Assembly (NCBI GenBank): GCA_937875395.1
Contig: CALNCU010000316.1
Location: 1 to 63,647 of the forward strand
Source: an uncultured Armatimonadetes bacterium
GTDB lineage: Bacteria; Armatimonadota; UBA5829; DTJY01
Direction of reading: 5' to 3'
Length of the DNA stretch: 63,647 bases
Shown: positions 49,458 through 58,702 of the stretch, piece by piece
Layout: every line of letters starts with the position of its first letter
Numbering within the stretch: position 1 is the stretch's first letter
Program-made: the position numbers and the translations under genes
The notes under the pieces: model-generated
The model's database searches: none
Seen by the model: only the letters and a program-made list of their open reading frames with translations
What the model was told of the DNA's origin: nothing

Positions 49458-49524
49458 TTGACAAGCTTGTAACCAATGTTGTAATATAGCCTATGTTACC
49501 ACAGTTGTTGTGGAACATGTAACA
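49458..49524 (+). promoter_or_regulatory. Promoter plus candidate palindromic operator of the BlaI-family regulator
   Basis: TTGACA (49458-49463), an 18-nt spacer, then TAATAT (49482-49487). Nested inverted repeats ATGTT-CCACA / TGTGG-AACAT and TGTTAC / GTAACA lie at 49493-49524. Confidence 0.55.
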
Positions 49525-49553
49525 ATGCTTAGGGTGTTTGAAAGGGGAAGAGT

Positions 49554-49994
49554 ATGGACTCAAAGGATGGTGCCAGGGATTATGTAGGCATCAGAAAAGG
49601 CCTTGGCGGCCAATCCCTGGGCGAGCTTGAGGCCCAGATTCTGGATATTATCTGGGAACTAGAGCCTCCCGTGAGCACCACGCAGGTGTTCAAAGTCATG
49701 TATCCGAGAAGGGAACTCTCTTACTCGACAATCATGCTGACAATGGCCAAATTAGCAAGAAAGGGTGTTCTCACCCAGGAGCGGACGGGGGATAAGAAGA
49801 CTGATCCCTTTATCTACAAACCCAATGTTTCCCGTAAGGAAATGGGTATTGCGCTCCTTAATGCTGTATCCACGCAGGTACTTGGCAAATCTCTTGACGA
49901 GGCAATTGTTGAACTCTGTGGGGAAAACGGTAAAATAACCCAGGGTTCTGTCACCAAGCTCAAAGAAATGGTGACAAAGGAAGAGAACCGTTAG
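49554..49994 (+). CDS. BlaI/MecI/CopY-family transcriptional repressor
   Basis: Winged-helix pattern LGELEAQILDIIWE...STIMLTMAKLARKGVL, 146 aa. Confidence 0.8.
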   Translation: MDSKDGARDYVGIRKGLGGQSLGELEAQILDIIWELEPPVSTTQVFKVMYPRRELSYSTIMLTMAKLARKGVLTQERTGDKKTDPFIYKPNVSRKEMGIALLNAVSTQVLGKSLDEAIVELCGENGKITQGSVTKLKEMVTKEENR

Positions 49995-50057
49995 TTAAGC
50001 GTTGCCGGGTTCGGGCGGTAATACGTAGTTCTACTTCATTTTATTCTTATGAGGCGT

Positions 50058-50088
50058 TGGGGCAGGTATAACCTGCCCCTTTCTTTTT
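50058..50088. terminator. Terminator hairpin between convergent genes
   Basis: GGGGCAGG-tataa-CCTGCCCC followed by TTTCTTTTTT on the + strand. Confidence 0.7.
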
Positions 50089-50100
50089 TCTAAAAACTTT

Positions 50101-50817
50101 TTATTTCATGAACAGCATAGTAAACTGAGCTGTAAGAGCCTGGAAGCTTCCGGTAACTATTGTTATCCCTACAGCCAGCATTAAGGCTCCGCTTGCAAGT
50201 TCAACAGCCCGGAAATACCTTTTAAAGTTCTGCAGACGGCGCAGGACTGCTCCCGTGGCAAACCCGGCGGCAATAAACGGGAGGCCGAGTCCAAGAGAGT
50301 ATATGCCAAGCAGGCCCACACCTTGCGCAACCGTCTCACTGTTGGCTGCAAGCGCCAGTATGGATGCAAGAACGGGGCCTATGCAGGGAGTCCATCCAAG
50401 CGCAAAGGTTACGCCTATCAAAAAGGCGCCCAGAACCCCTATATCGCTCAGAGAGAGGTGGAACCTCTTCTCAGAATAGAGCGATGGTATCTTAAATATC
50501 CCCAGCATATGGAGCCCGAATATTATAATCAGTATCCCGCCCGCCTTCATAACCAGGTTTGCTTTGGCGGTAAGGATATGCCCAATGGTTGAGGCCGTTG
50601 CGCCCATTGCTATAAATACTGCAGAGAAACCCAGGACAAAGAAGAGCGATTTTAATCCCGTTCTATGCAGCGCATGCGCATGGCCCCCCGGCCGCATCAG
50701 ATCCTCTACCGACGCCCCCGACATATACGAAAGATACGCCGGCACAAGCGGCAGCACGCATGGCGACAGGAAAGATGCCAATCCTGCCAGAAAGGCTATT
50801 GTAGCCGTAACAGACAT
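50101..50817 (-). CDS. ccdA: Cytochrome c biogenesis / thiol-disulfide electron transfer protein CcdA (DsbD core)
   Basis: Six TM segments with conserved Cys in SPCVLPLVP and WTPCIGP. Confidence 0.88.
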   Translation of the reverse strand: MSVTATIAFLAGLASFLSPCVLPLVPAYLSYMSGASVEDLMRPGGHAHALHRTGLKSLFFVLGFSAVFIAMGATASTIGHILTAKANLVMKAGGILIIIFGLHMLGIFKIPSLYSEKRFHLSLSDIGVLGAFLIGVTFALGWTPCIGPVLASILALAANSETVAQGVGLLGIYSLGLGLPFIAAGFATGAVLRRLQNFKRYFRAVELASGALMLAVGITIVTGSFQALTAQFTMLFMK

Positions 50818-50830
50818 TTTTTACCTCAAT

Positions 50831-51364
50831 CTATTTTAGAAGAGACTTTACTACCTTTTCCATATCTGCGGCAATCTCCGGCGAGAACCCTACATAGCTG
50901 GCACGTATAACGCCCTTTTTGTCTATGATAAACGTAGCCGGAATCCCCCGCACTCCGTAGACCGGTGCTGCCTGGTTTTGCGAATCCAGGAGGACTGTGT
51001 AGGTAACCTTGTTCTCTTTAACAAACGGTTTTACATCTCCCGCGCCGCCCCTGTCTACAGAAACGCCCACAACGGCAAGCCCTTTATCTGCATAAGTATC
51101 ATGGAGTTTCTGCAAATGGGGGACTTCCTGCCGGCATGGAGGGCACCATGTGGCCCAAAAATCCATAATCACCACGCGCCCCTGTCCCTTTGGATTCTTC
51201 ATAAGATCGTACAAGCTGACGGATTTGCCGTCAAGGGTGGACATTTTAATATTGGGAGCCTTCTGCCCCTTAACAGGCGCGCTAACCGCTACTGCTATAA
51301 AAACACATGTCAAAGCGGCTGCAATAGTTCCCACCGTGATGCTGCGTCTGGATGGCATTCTCAT
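50831..51364 (-). CDS. Thioredoxin-fold thiol-disulfide oxidoreductase (TlpA/ResA-like)
   Basis: Signal anchor and the FWATWCPPC active site. Confidence 0.88.
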   Translation of the reverse strand: MRMPSRRSITVGTIAAALTCVFIAVAVSAPVKGQKAPNIKMSTLDGKSVSLYDLMKNPKGQGRVVIMDFWATWCPPCRQEVPHLQKLHDTYADKGLAVVGVSVDRGGAGDVKPFVKENKVTYTVLLDSQNQAAPVYGVRGIPATFIIDKKGVIRASYVGFSPEIAADMEKVVKSLLK

Positions 51365-51583
51365 CTTTCACCTCTTCTGTTTGTTGTAATTATAATGCTA
51401 CGCCCGTATTATATCATGTAATGTTTTAATTATGCTTGCCGGTTTGCAAATAAGGTTTGGTGATAATACATAGACGTTTTTTATTGTACCGCAGTTCTCA
51501 CTTTTTTGTAACTTGCAGGAGTACGGTTTTCATGCTATCCTGAAGCCTGAATATATATTGCCAAATGGATACCGGAGGCTACA

Positions 51584-51892
51584 TTGAAAGATAAACTTGG
51601 ACGCGTGATAGGCATGATTGTCTTTGCGCTTGGTATAGTAATCCTTTTCTTTGTGTTGTATTCAGCCTACCAGATGTTTGCGCTTCCAGCAGCAGAGCTC
51701 TTCCATCCAAACGGCAACACGGGTCCGCTTACGGCTGTTGGGTTAGGCACTACGGTTGCCTGGATACTGTTAAAGATAGTAATGCTCTTTGTTATGACGC
51801 TTGCAAGCTCAATTATTGCAAGCAAAGGCATACAGCTCTATCTTGGATGCAGCAGCGCCCAGGCAGGCAGAGAGCCTATGAAGATAGAGTAG
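51584..51892 (+). CDS. Hypothetical membrane protein (3 TM)
   Basis: TTG start with GGAGG 7 nt upstream and three hydrophobic segments. Confidence 0.4.
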   Translation: MKDKLGRVIGMIVFALGIVILFFVLYSAYQMFALPAAELFHPNGNTGPLTAVGLGTTVAWILLKIVMLFVMTLASSIIASKGIQLYLGCSSAQAGREPMKIE

Positions 51893-51894
51893 CA

Positions 51895-52137
51895 TCATCC
51901 CCGGAAGAGCCTGGCCAGATCGCGAACCATATCCATCTTTTGTGCTGGGCAGAGATCGTCGGGGGAGAGCGCATCCACCTGTCTGTTGTTCGCCTCCCTC
52001 TTCAGATGTTTCTCCATAATGCAGACGGCTGCCTGAACCTCATCTGCCGTCGGCTGGATAAGGTGATCTTCCGCCTGCTCAACAATGTTGGGTGATAGAA
52101 TTTCATCATCAAAGAGCGCGGGTTCCCGTGTAGTCAT
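51895..52137 (-). CDS. Hypothetical acidic protein (80 aa)
   Basis: I chose the ATG at 52137 because GAGGTGG lies upstream. I recognised no family. Confidence 0.4.
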   Translation of the reverse strand: MTTREPALFDDEILSPNIVEQAEDHLIQPTADEVQAAVCIMEKHLKREANNRQVDALSPDDLCPAQKMDMVRDLARLFRG

Positions 52138-52272
52138 CTTGCCACCTCTTGCATAAAAGTTCTGTGTCAAGTGTACCCGCATACGCATATGCCGAATCTA
52201 CAGTTGACCGCGGAGTTCGTCCCCGGTTATAATCTGGCGACGGATACCGGCTTAATCTACTGAGGGATATTC

Positions 52273-53112
52273 ATGCAGTTTATAGCACCGGGAATTATCT
52301 TTATACTGCTTATCCTTGCGTTTTATTCCATATTTGTGGAACCCCGCAGGCTTGTTGTGAGGGAGCTGGATATCTATGTAAAGGACCTGGATGCGCGCCT
52401 CTCCGGCGTGCGGATATGCCACCTCTCAGACCTCCACTTCTTTAAACACGCGGCCAACCCTGCGCTTTTGAAGGGCATAAGGAGCCGGGCGTCCGATCTC
52501 TATGTTATCACGGGCGACTTTGTGCACTCTCATGCGGGGCTTTCCGCGCTGGAGGAGCTGCTTGCGGTGCTGAAGGCGCCCGTATTTGCCGTGCCCGGAA
52601 ACGGCGAATATAAAATCCCCGTCTCCTCTGGCGAACTCTACAGCCTTCTTAAGAAACACAACGTGCAGATGCTGCTCAACAAAAGCCTCAATATTGCGGT
52701 AAAGGGAGCCCCTGTCTGCGTGATAGGCGTTGATGATCCGTTTACACAAAGGGATAATCTTTGCCAGGCCATGCAAGGTGCCGGGAGCCACGGGTTCTGC
52801 CTGCTGCTGGCCCACTCCCCGGATGTTATTGGAGACCCCTGCGCAGATTCTGTTGACCTTATACTTGCCGGGCATACGCATGGCGGACAGCTTAGGCCTC
52901 CGCTTTGGGGCGCTGTGTGGGATCATACCCGCCTGCGCCTTGGCGTGGTGGACGGCCTGTTCAGTCCGCAATCCCTCTCCCAAAAAACCGGCAGAAAGAT
53001 ATGCAAAACGCAGCTCTTTGTTAACCGGGGAATGGGCGGCCGGGCAGTGAGAGCCCGCTTTCTGTGCCCTCCGGAAGTTGTGTTTATAACACTGCGGCAG
53101 GCCGGCGTATAA
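52273..53112 (+). CDS. Membrane-anchored metallophosphoesterase (YkuE-like)
   Basis: N-terminal TM segment and motifs LSDLH, GDFVH, GNGEY and GHTHGG. Confidence 0.85.
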   Translation: MQFIAPGIIFILLILAFYSIFVEPRRLVVRELDIYVKDLDARLSGVRICHLSDLHFFKHAANPALLKGIRSRASDLYVITGDFVHSHAGLSALEELLAVLKAPVFAVPGNGEYKIPVSSGELYSLLKKHNVQMLLNKSLNIAVKGAPVCVIGVDDPFTQRDNLCQAMQGAGSHGFCLLLAHSPDVIGDPCADSVDLILAGHTHGGQLRPPLWGAVWDHTRLRLGVVDGLFSPQSLSQKTGRKICKTQLFVNRGMGGRAVRARFLCPPEVVFITLRQAGV

Positions 53113-53265
53113 TCCTTTTGCTGCAAGCCCTGTATTGTCTATCACATTAACGTGTGCTATTATATCTATAATATAGACCCCCGCGGGTATTTGCTGCTAT
53201 GAAGCCGAACTTGTAATATGGTTGGTTGAAATGGGTATCATCAATCTATACAGGAGGTATCAGAA

Positions 53266-54402
53266 ATGAGAACTAGATATGTAACTTTGGTTTGCATACT
53301 ATTGGTTTTAACAGTAGCCGGCATGGCATGCTCAACAGTGCTTCGTTCCGGCGAAGAAGTCTCTGTCCCTGCGGGAGAAAGTATAGCAGATGATCTGGTT
53401 GCAAGCGGCCAGAACCTGAATATTGGGGGGAATGTGGCGGGAGACCTGCTTGCGGCGGGCGGACAGGTATCATCCACCGGCAGGGTGGGGCAGAGCGCCA
53501 TGCTTGCGGGCGGCACAATAAACATTTCCGGCCCGGTTGCAGGCAGTCTTAGGGCAGCTGGCGGGCAGGTGAACGTCTCCGGCCCGGTTGGAAAGAACCT
53601 TATGCTTGCCGGAGGAACCCTCACGGTATCTGATCAGGCCAGGGTTGGGCGTGATGTTGATGTAGCGGGCGGTAACGTAAGGATAGCCGGTAACGTAGCC
53701 GGCAACGTGCGTATCTCCGGCGGACAGGTGTATATTGACGGGGTTGTAGGGCAGAACGTGGTTGTATATGCCGGAAAGCTTACACTGGGCCCCAGAGCCC
53801 TTATAAAAGGGGATCTCACATACACCAGCGGGAAGAAGGCATCAATAGCAAGCGGCGCAAAGGTGCTTGGGCAGACCAAGTATACATTGCGGGCAGAGCC
53901 GATTAAAGAAAAAAAGGCCAAGCCGTGGATGACCGTGTGGCTCTTCATTCGGCTGGTAGGCGCATTTATAGTGGGACTGATAGTTATTGCGCTTGCCCCC
54001 AGAGATTCTATCAGCGTGGCGGATAGAATTAGCGGCTCCCCCTGGATATCTATGCTTGCAGGCTTTATTATCCTGGTGGTAGTGCCGGTAGCCGCAGCTA
54101 TCCTGGCGGTTACACTGATAGGGCTGCCGCTTGCCGTTATACTTCTGGCGGTCTACTTTATACTTTTGTACCTGAGCAGGCTCTTTGTTGCGCTTTCTCT
54201 GGGCCGCTGGATTTTTGCACTGTTCAGAATGCCGGGCACATCGCCATATCTTGCGTTTCTTGTGGGTATAGTGGTGCTGTGGTTTCTGACGTTGATCCCA
54301 TTCCTGGGCGGATGGATTAACTTTATAATTCTAATACTTGGCCTTGGCGGAATGATAATGCATCGTTATTATCTGCTTAGAGCTCCCAGGGCGCAAGAAT
54401 AG
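53266..54402 (+). CDS. Membrane protein with a signal peptide, ~7 bactofilin-like beta-helix repeats and a C-terminal polytopic domain
   Basis: Seven repeats of about 17 aa of the form AGGxVxhxGxVxxxhxh (residues ~60-190), then 5-6 TM segments. Confidence 0.6.
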   Translation: MRTRYVTLVCILLVLTVAGMACSTVLRSGEEVSVPAGESIADDLVASGQNLNIGGNVAGDLLAAGGQVSSTGRVGQSAMLAGGTINISGPVAGSLRAAGGQVNVSGPVGKNLMLAGGTLTVSDQARVGRDVDVAGGNVRIAGNVAGNVRISGGQVYIDGVVGQNVVVYAGKLTLGPRALIKGDLTYTSGKKASIASGAKVLGQTKYTLRAEPIKEKKAKPWMTVWLFIRLVGAFIVGLIVIALAPRDSISVADRISGSPWISMLAGFIILVVVPVAAAILAVTLIGLPLAVILLAVYFILLYLSRLFVALSLGRWIFALFRMPGTSPYLAFLVGIVVLWFLTLIPFLGGWINFIILILGLGGMIMHRYYLLRAPRAQE

Positions 54403-54445
54403 GGGGTATGCGGGGCAGAGCTTAAAACTCTGCCCCCCGTTAAAT

Positions 54446-55192
54446 ATGGATGGCAGCACACTTGCCCGGCTGAAGGATAGAATAAAGAACAGCAAAAGAG
54501 TATGCGCATTTACCGGGGCCGGCATAAGCGCGGAGAGCGGGATTCCAACATTCAGAGATGCAGGCGGCCTGTGGGAGAACTACAATGTAGAGGACCTGGT
54601 TACACCGGAGGCGTTTGAAAGAGACCCCGCGGTGGTTTGGCGGTGGCATATCTGGCTTCAGGGATTGGCGTTTAATGCGCAGCCCAACGCCGCGCATAAA
54701 ACGTTGGCAAATATGGATTCCCTTTTCCCGGAGTTCCTGGTTATAACCCAGAACATAGACGATCTGCACGAGCGGGCGGGTACAAGGCGTATGGTAAAGC
54801 TCCACGGCGATATAATGGAGATTCTGTGCCTTGAGGACGGCCACGTCTGCCGGGTGACCTCCCCCATGGATAGCAGCAATATTGGGCCGGATGCACTGCC
54901 CACCTGCCCCAAATGCGGCGGCGCAGCGCGTCCAAACGTTGTATGGTTTGGGGAGATGCTTCCGGTGGAACCCCTTGCCGAAGGTTCGGAATTTGCCCGG
55001 CGGTGCGATCTGCTCTTCATCATAGGCACCTCCGGCGCGGTCAGCGGCGGTTACGGATTTGCAGAATCTGCCAAGCGCGGAGGCGCCTGCATAGTAGAGA
55101 TTAATCCCGAAGAGAGTGCGCTTACATATCTTGCCGATATAAGCATCAGAAAGCCTGCCGCGGCAGCCATGCCGGAACTGTTTACACCATGA
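54446..55192 (+). CDS. cobB: NAD-dependent protein deacylase (Sir2 family)
   Basis: GAGISAESGIPTFR, QNIDDLHERAG and a zinc ribbon with CPKCGG. Confidence 0.92.
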   Translation: MDGSTLARLKDRIKNSKRVCAFTGAGISAESGIPTFRDAGGLWENYNVEDLVTPEAFERDPAVVWRWHIWLQGLAFNAQPNAAHKTLANMDSLFPEFLVITQNIDDLHERAGTRRMVKLHGDIMEILCLEDGHVCRVTSPMDSSNIGPDALPTCPKCGGAARPNVVWFGEMLPVEPLAEGSEFARRCDLLFIIGTSGAVSGGYGFAESAKRGGACIVEINPEESALTYLADISIRKPAAAAMPELFTP

Positions 55193-55306
55193 GCACCTAA
55201 AGCGCTGCAAAACTTGCTAAATTCTCCACGAAAAGTTAAAATATCACAATAACACAAGCTTAATCACGGTCGATATTCCGACCGCACTCTTGCCCGGAGG
55301 TATTCG

Positions 55307-56356
55307 ATGAATTTTGAAGGAGCCTGGACGGCCCTTATAACCCCAATGACAGACGGCGGCAATATAGATTGGGAAGGATTTGAGAAAAACCTTGCCTTTC
55401 AGATAGATCAGGGTATTAGCGGCCTGGTTCCCACCGGGACCACGGGCGAGTCTCCCACGCTTAGCTGGGACGAGCATAATAATGTGGTGGAACGCACACT
55501 GGCGCGCGCGCTTGGAAAGTGCGAAGTAATTGCAGGCACGGGCAGCAACTCCACTCGGGAAGCGGTAGAGAGCACGGAGCATGCAGCAGCGCACGGAGCC
55601 AGGGCGGCGCTTCTGGTAGACTGTTATTACAACGGCCCGTCCTCCCTTGAGCTTAGAGAAGAATATTACGGCGTGCTTGCAGAGCGCTTCCCGGAAGTCT
55701 CCTTTGTAGCATATGTTATCCCCGGCCGCTCCGGAACCTCTCTTGGGGTAGAAGACCTTGCCGTTCTTGCAGGCCGGTACCCCAACTTTGCCGCGGTAAA
55801 GGAGGCCACCGGCGATCTTGCCAGGATGGCCCGCACCCGGCAGCTTACCGGCCCGAATTTTAACATAATCTCCGGCGATGACGACCTTACCTTTAAGATG
55901 CTCACCGACCCCAGTATTGCGGCACAGGGAGTTATCTCCGTTGTGTCCAACATAGCCCCTGCAGCCATGCGGGAGATGGTTCAGAAGGCCCTCTCCGGCG
56001 ATGTGGACGGCGCATGCAAGATTCACCAGGCCCTCTCTCCGCTCTTTGGAATAGTTACCGTTAAGGCAGAGAGCGAGCGCACTCTTCCGGGCGGCAACAG
56101 CCTTTATGTGCAGGATAGATTCAGGAACCCGCTCCCTGTAAAATGTCTTATGGAAGCGCTTGGGATGCCCGCCGGCCCCGCACGCCGTCCGCTTGGACGT
56201 ATGAGCGCAGAGGGTGTGTCCGTGCTAAGGGACGCCGTAAAAAAGATGTGGAAAGACAACCCGGAGATTCTTGCCCCAATAGGCAGCTTCTATAATGTTG
56301 ATATTGAAGCCAGGATTATGGATGATTCCTGCTGGGCAAATCTAAGTTACATGTAG
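55307..56356 (+). CDS. dapA: DapA-family aldolase (4-hydroxy-tetrahydrodipicolinate synthase-like), long form
   Basis: PTGTTGES motif and the Schiff-base Lys in AAVKEATGD. At 349 aa it has about 55 extra residues in the C-terminal third. Confidence 0.75.
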   Translation: MNFEGAWTALITPMTDGGNIDWEGFEKNLAFQIDQGISGLVPTGTTGESPTLSWDEHNNVVERTLARALGKCEVIAGTGSNSTREAVESTEHAAAHGARAALLVDCYYNGPSSLELREEYYGVLAERFPEVSFVAYVIPGRSGTSLGVEDLAVLAGRYPNFAAVKEATGDLARMARTRQLTGPNFNIISGDDDLTFKMLTDPSIAAQGVISVVSNIAPAAMREMVQKALSGDVDGACKIHQALSPLFGIVTVKAESERTLPGGNSLYVQDRFRNPLPVKCLMEALGMPAGPARRPLGRMSAEGVSVLRDAVKKMWKDNPEILAPIGSFYNVDIEARIMDDSCWANLSYM

Positions 56357-56381
56357 AATTTTTGGTATTATGCCAAATTTC

Positions 56382-56416
56382 AACGGGCGCGAATTTTTAT
56401 ACGCGCCCGTTTGTTT
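56382..56416. terminator. Terminator hairpin between convergent dapA-like and glnN genes
   Basis: AACGGGCGCG pairs with CGCGCCCGTT (10 bp) and is followed by TGTTTT. Confidence 0.7.
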
Positions 56417-56429
56417 TAAGCGTAAGAAC

Positions 56430-58538
56430 CTATCTTAGAAAGAGCATCTCTGCATAGGTGGGGAGCGGCCATACATTGGCATCAACAAGCATCTCAAGAG
56501 AATCGGCCGCCTTTCGTGCGGATGCCATGGCGGGGATTACCTCATCTCTGTAAGCTGCGGCCTGGTCTCTTAAATCTTCAATGGATTCTGCTTTATCCAG
56601 CGTAGACTCTATGCTGAATATGCCGCTCTGCAGTTCGCCCGTAAGCCGGCATATGTTTGAGAGCACCTTTGTATGGGTCTCTGCATCTGCCCCGCACTCT
56701 TTAAGCGCATTTACTGTGCCGGCCAGTTTCCCCGAATAATCCATAACTGCGGGAAGTATTTGCCGTTTTGCTATGGATATGGTTGTCAGCGCTTCTATAT
56801 GTATCTCCTGACAGTAGCGTTCCAGTATAGTGTCGTACCTTGCCTGCATCTCATGGCTGGTAAGAACGGCATGGCGTTCAAAGAGTTCAATTATATTTTT
56901 ATCGGCCATGGCGGCAAGGGCGTCTACAGCGTTGCAAATATTGGGCAGTCCGCGCTTTTTTGCCTCTTCCGCCCAGCCGCTGGAATAGTTGTCGCCGTTG
57001 AAGATTATTCGCTTATGCTCCTTGATAATCTTATGTACCAGTTCCTGCGCGCTGGCATGAACGTCATCGGCTTTCTCCAGCTTATCCGCCATCTCCTGAA
57101 AGACATCGGCTGCAATTGTGTTCAGTACAAAACAGGGGCCGGATGTAGACTGTGTGGAACCCACCATTCGGAACTCAAACTTGTTGCCGGTAAAAGCAAA
57201 CGGCGAAGTTCTGTTGCGGTCTGTATAATCCTTGGGCAGCGGCGGAAGGGTGCTTACGCCAAATTTTAATACCTCTCTCTTTCTGGGGGATATTTCTCCG
57301 CCGTTCCCCAGCTGATTTAGAATATCCGTGAGCTGGTTTCCCAGGAAGATGGAGATGATTGAGGGCGGGGCTTCGTTTGCGCCCAGTCTTAGATCGTTGC
57401 CGGATGTGGCCACGCTTGCCCTCAGGATGTTTGAGTATTTATCCACAGCCCGTATAATTCCGCAGAGAAACACCAGAAAAGTCTCGTTCTCGTGCGGAGT
57501 CTTTCCCGGATCCAGCAGGTTAAGCCCATCATCCGTTACCAGGCTCCAGTTGTTATGTTTGCCGGAGCCGTTTACACTGGCAAACGGCTTTTCATGCAGA
57601 AGGCAGAAAAATCCGTGCCGCAGCGCAACCTTCTGCATGGTCTCCATGGTAAGCTGGTTGTGGTCTGTTGCTACGTTAACCGTGGCAAATACCGGCGCCA
57701 GTTCGTATTGCGCCGGGGCGGCTTCGTTATGCTGAGTCTTGGCGGAGACTCCAAGCTTCCAGAGTTCGTTGTTCAGCTCAAACATAAAGGATGCTACGCG
57801 TTCGTGCAGGCTGCCGTAGTAGTGGTCATCCATCTCCTGGCCCTTGGGCGGCGCGGCACCAAAGAGCGTTCTGCCCGCAAGCACAATATCAAGCCTGCGT
57901 TCGGCAAACTTTTTATCCACCAGGAAGTATTCTTGCTCTGCGCCAAGCGTGGTAAGCACGCGTTTGGATGTGCTGTTGCCCAGCGCCTTAAGTACCCGCA
58001 TGGCCTGGGTGTTAAGGGCGCCCATAGAACGGAGGAGCGGAGTCTTTTTATCCAGTACCTCGCTGGTATATGAGCAGAATGCGCACGGAATATAAAGGGT
58101 TATGTTTCTTCCGGCCTCTTTTACAAAGACCGGGGATGTTGCATCCCAGGCTGTGTAGCCGCGCGCTTCAAAGGTGACGCGCAGCCCGCCGGACGGAAAG
58201 GCGGATGCATCCGGCTCACCCTTTATCAGTTCCTTGCCGCTGAACTCCATTATGGTGCGGCCGTCAGGGGTGGGGGAGATGAAGGAATCGTGCTTCTCTG
58301 CAGTAACGCCTGTCATGGGTTGGAACCAGTGGCAGAAGTGCGTAGCTCCCTTCTCTATGGCCCAGTCTTTCATTGCTTTTGCAATGATGTCCGCTATGTG
58401 AGGGTCAAGCGGGGCGCCTTCATCTATTGTGCGCTTGATTGCCTGGTAGACATTTGCCGGCAGACGCTTGCGCATAACCCCTTCACTAAAGACGCTGGAA
58501 CCAAACAAATCTGTTACGGGAACTCTCTCTTCGCTCAC
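56430..58538 (-). CDS. glnN: Glutamine synthetase type III
   Basis: About 700 aa with GSIII-type N-terminus (HFCHWFQPMTG) and catalytic domain (NGSGKHNNWS). I chose the GTG at 58538 because GAGAGGA lies 9 nt upstream. The 63 upstream in-frame codons consist of the intergenic repeat and are not counted as coding. Confidence 0.88.
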   Translation of the reverse strand: MSEERVPVTDLFGSSVFSEGVMRKRLPANVYQAIKRTIDEGAPLDPHIADIIAKAMKDWAIEKGATHFCHWFQPMTGVTAEKHDSFISPTPDGRTIMEFSGKELIKGEPDASAFPSGGLRVTFEARGYTAWDATSPVFVKEAGRNITLYIPCAFCSYTSEVLDKKTPLLRSMGALNTQAMRVLKALGNSTSKRVLTTLGAEQEYFLVDKKFAERRLDIVLAGRTLFGAAPPKGQEMDDHYYGSLHERVASFMFELNNELWKLGVSAKTQHNEAAPAQYELAPVFATVNVATDHNQLTMETMQKVALRHGFFCLLHEKPFASVNGSGKHNNWSLVTDDGLNLLDPGKTPHENETFLVFLCGIIRAVDKYSNILRASVATSGNDLRLGANEAPPSIISIFLGNQLTDILNQLGNGGEISPRKREVLKFGVSTLPPLPKDYTDRNRTSPFAFTGNKFEFRMVGSTQSTSGPCFVLNTIAADVFQEMADKLEKADDVHASAQELVHKIIKEHKRIIFNGDNYSSGWAEEAKKRGLPNICNAVDALAAMADKNIIELFERHAVLTSHEMQARYDTILERYCQEIHIEALTTISIAKRQILPAVMDYSGKLAGTVNALKECGADAETHTKVLSNICRLTGELQSGIFSIESTLDKAESIEDLRDQAAAYRDEVIPAMASARKAADSLEMLVDANVWPLPTYAEMLFLR

Positions 58539-58563
58539 TTTAGGATTTCCTCTCTCATCTAGG

Positions 58564-58702
58564 CTGTAAACCTGGATTTGCAAGTTTAAACAAGGCTTCG
58601 GCAGCGGCGCCTCCGGCTCTGCGACCGAAGTATCTTCCCGGGGGATTGATGCCCCTTGCTTAGGCAGCAGCACACTAAAATGCTCTGCGACCGAAGTATT
58701 GC
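58564..58702 (-). repeat. Structured intergenic repeat, copy E: two tandem units (58658-58702, 58595-58634) plus a terminal hairpin (58564-58592), 25 nt upstream of the glnN start
   Basis: The reverse complement reads AATACTTCGGTCGCAGAGCATTTTAGTGTGCTGCTGCCTAAGC ... GATACTTCGGTCGCAGAGCCGGAGGCGCCGCTGCCGAAGC CTTGTTTAAACTTGCAAATCCAGGTTTACAG. Confidence 0.9.

Noticed and set aside
58564-58702. Known glutamine riboswitch (glnA RNA / Downstream-peptide motif) in the glnN leader.
   Set aside because: As far as I recall, those motifs have conserved cores (CGUUCA..., GGAAGUAGG, AAGGAACGC) that are not present here. The same element also occurs next to pyr, feo and tsaC genes. An Rfam cmscan is needed to be certain.
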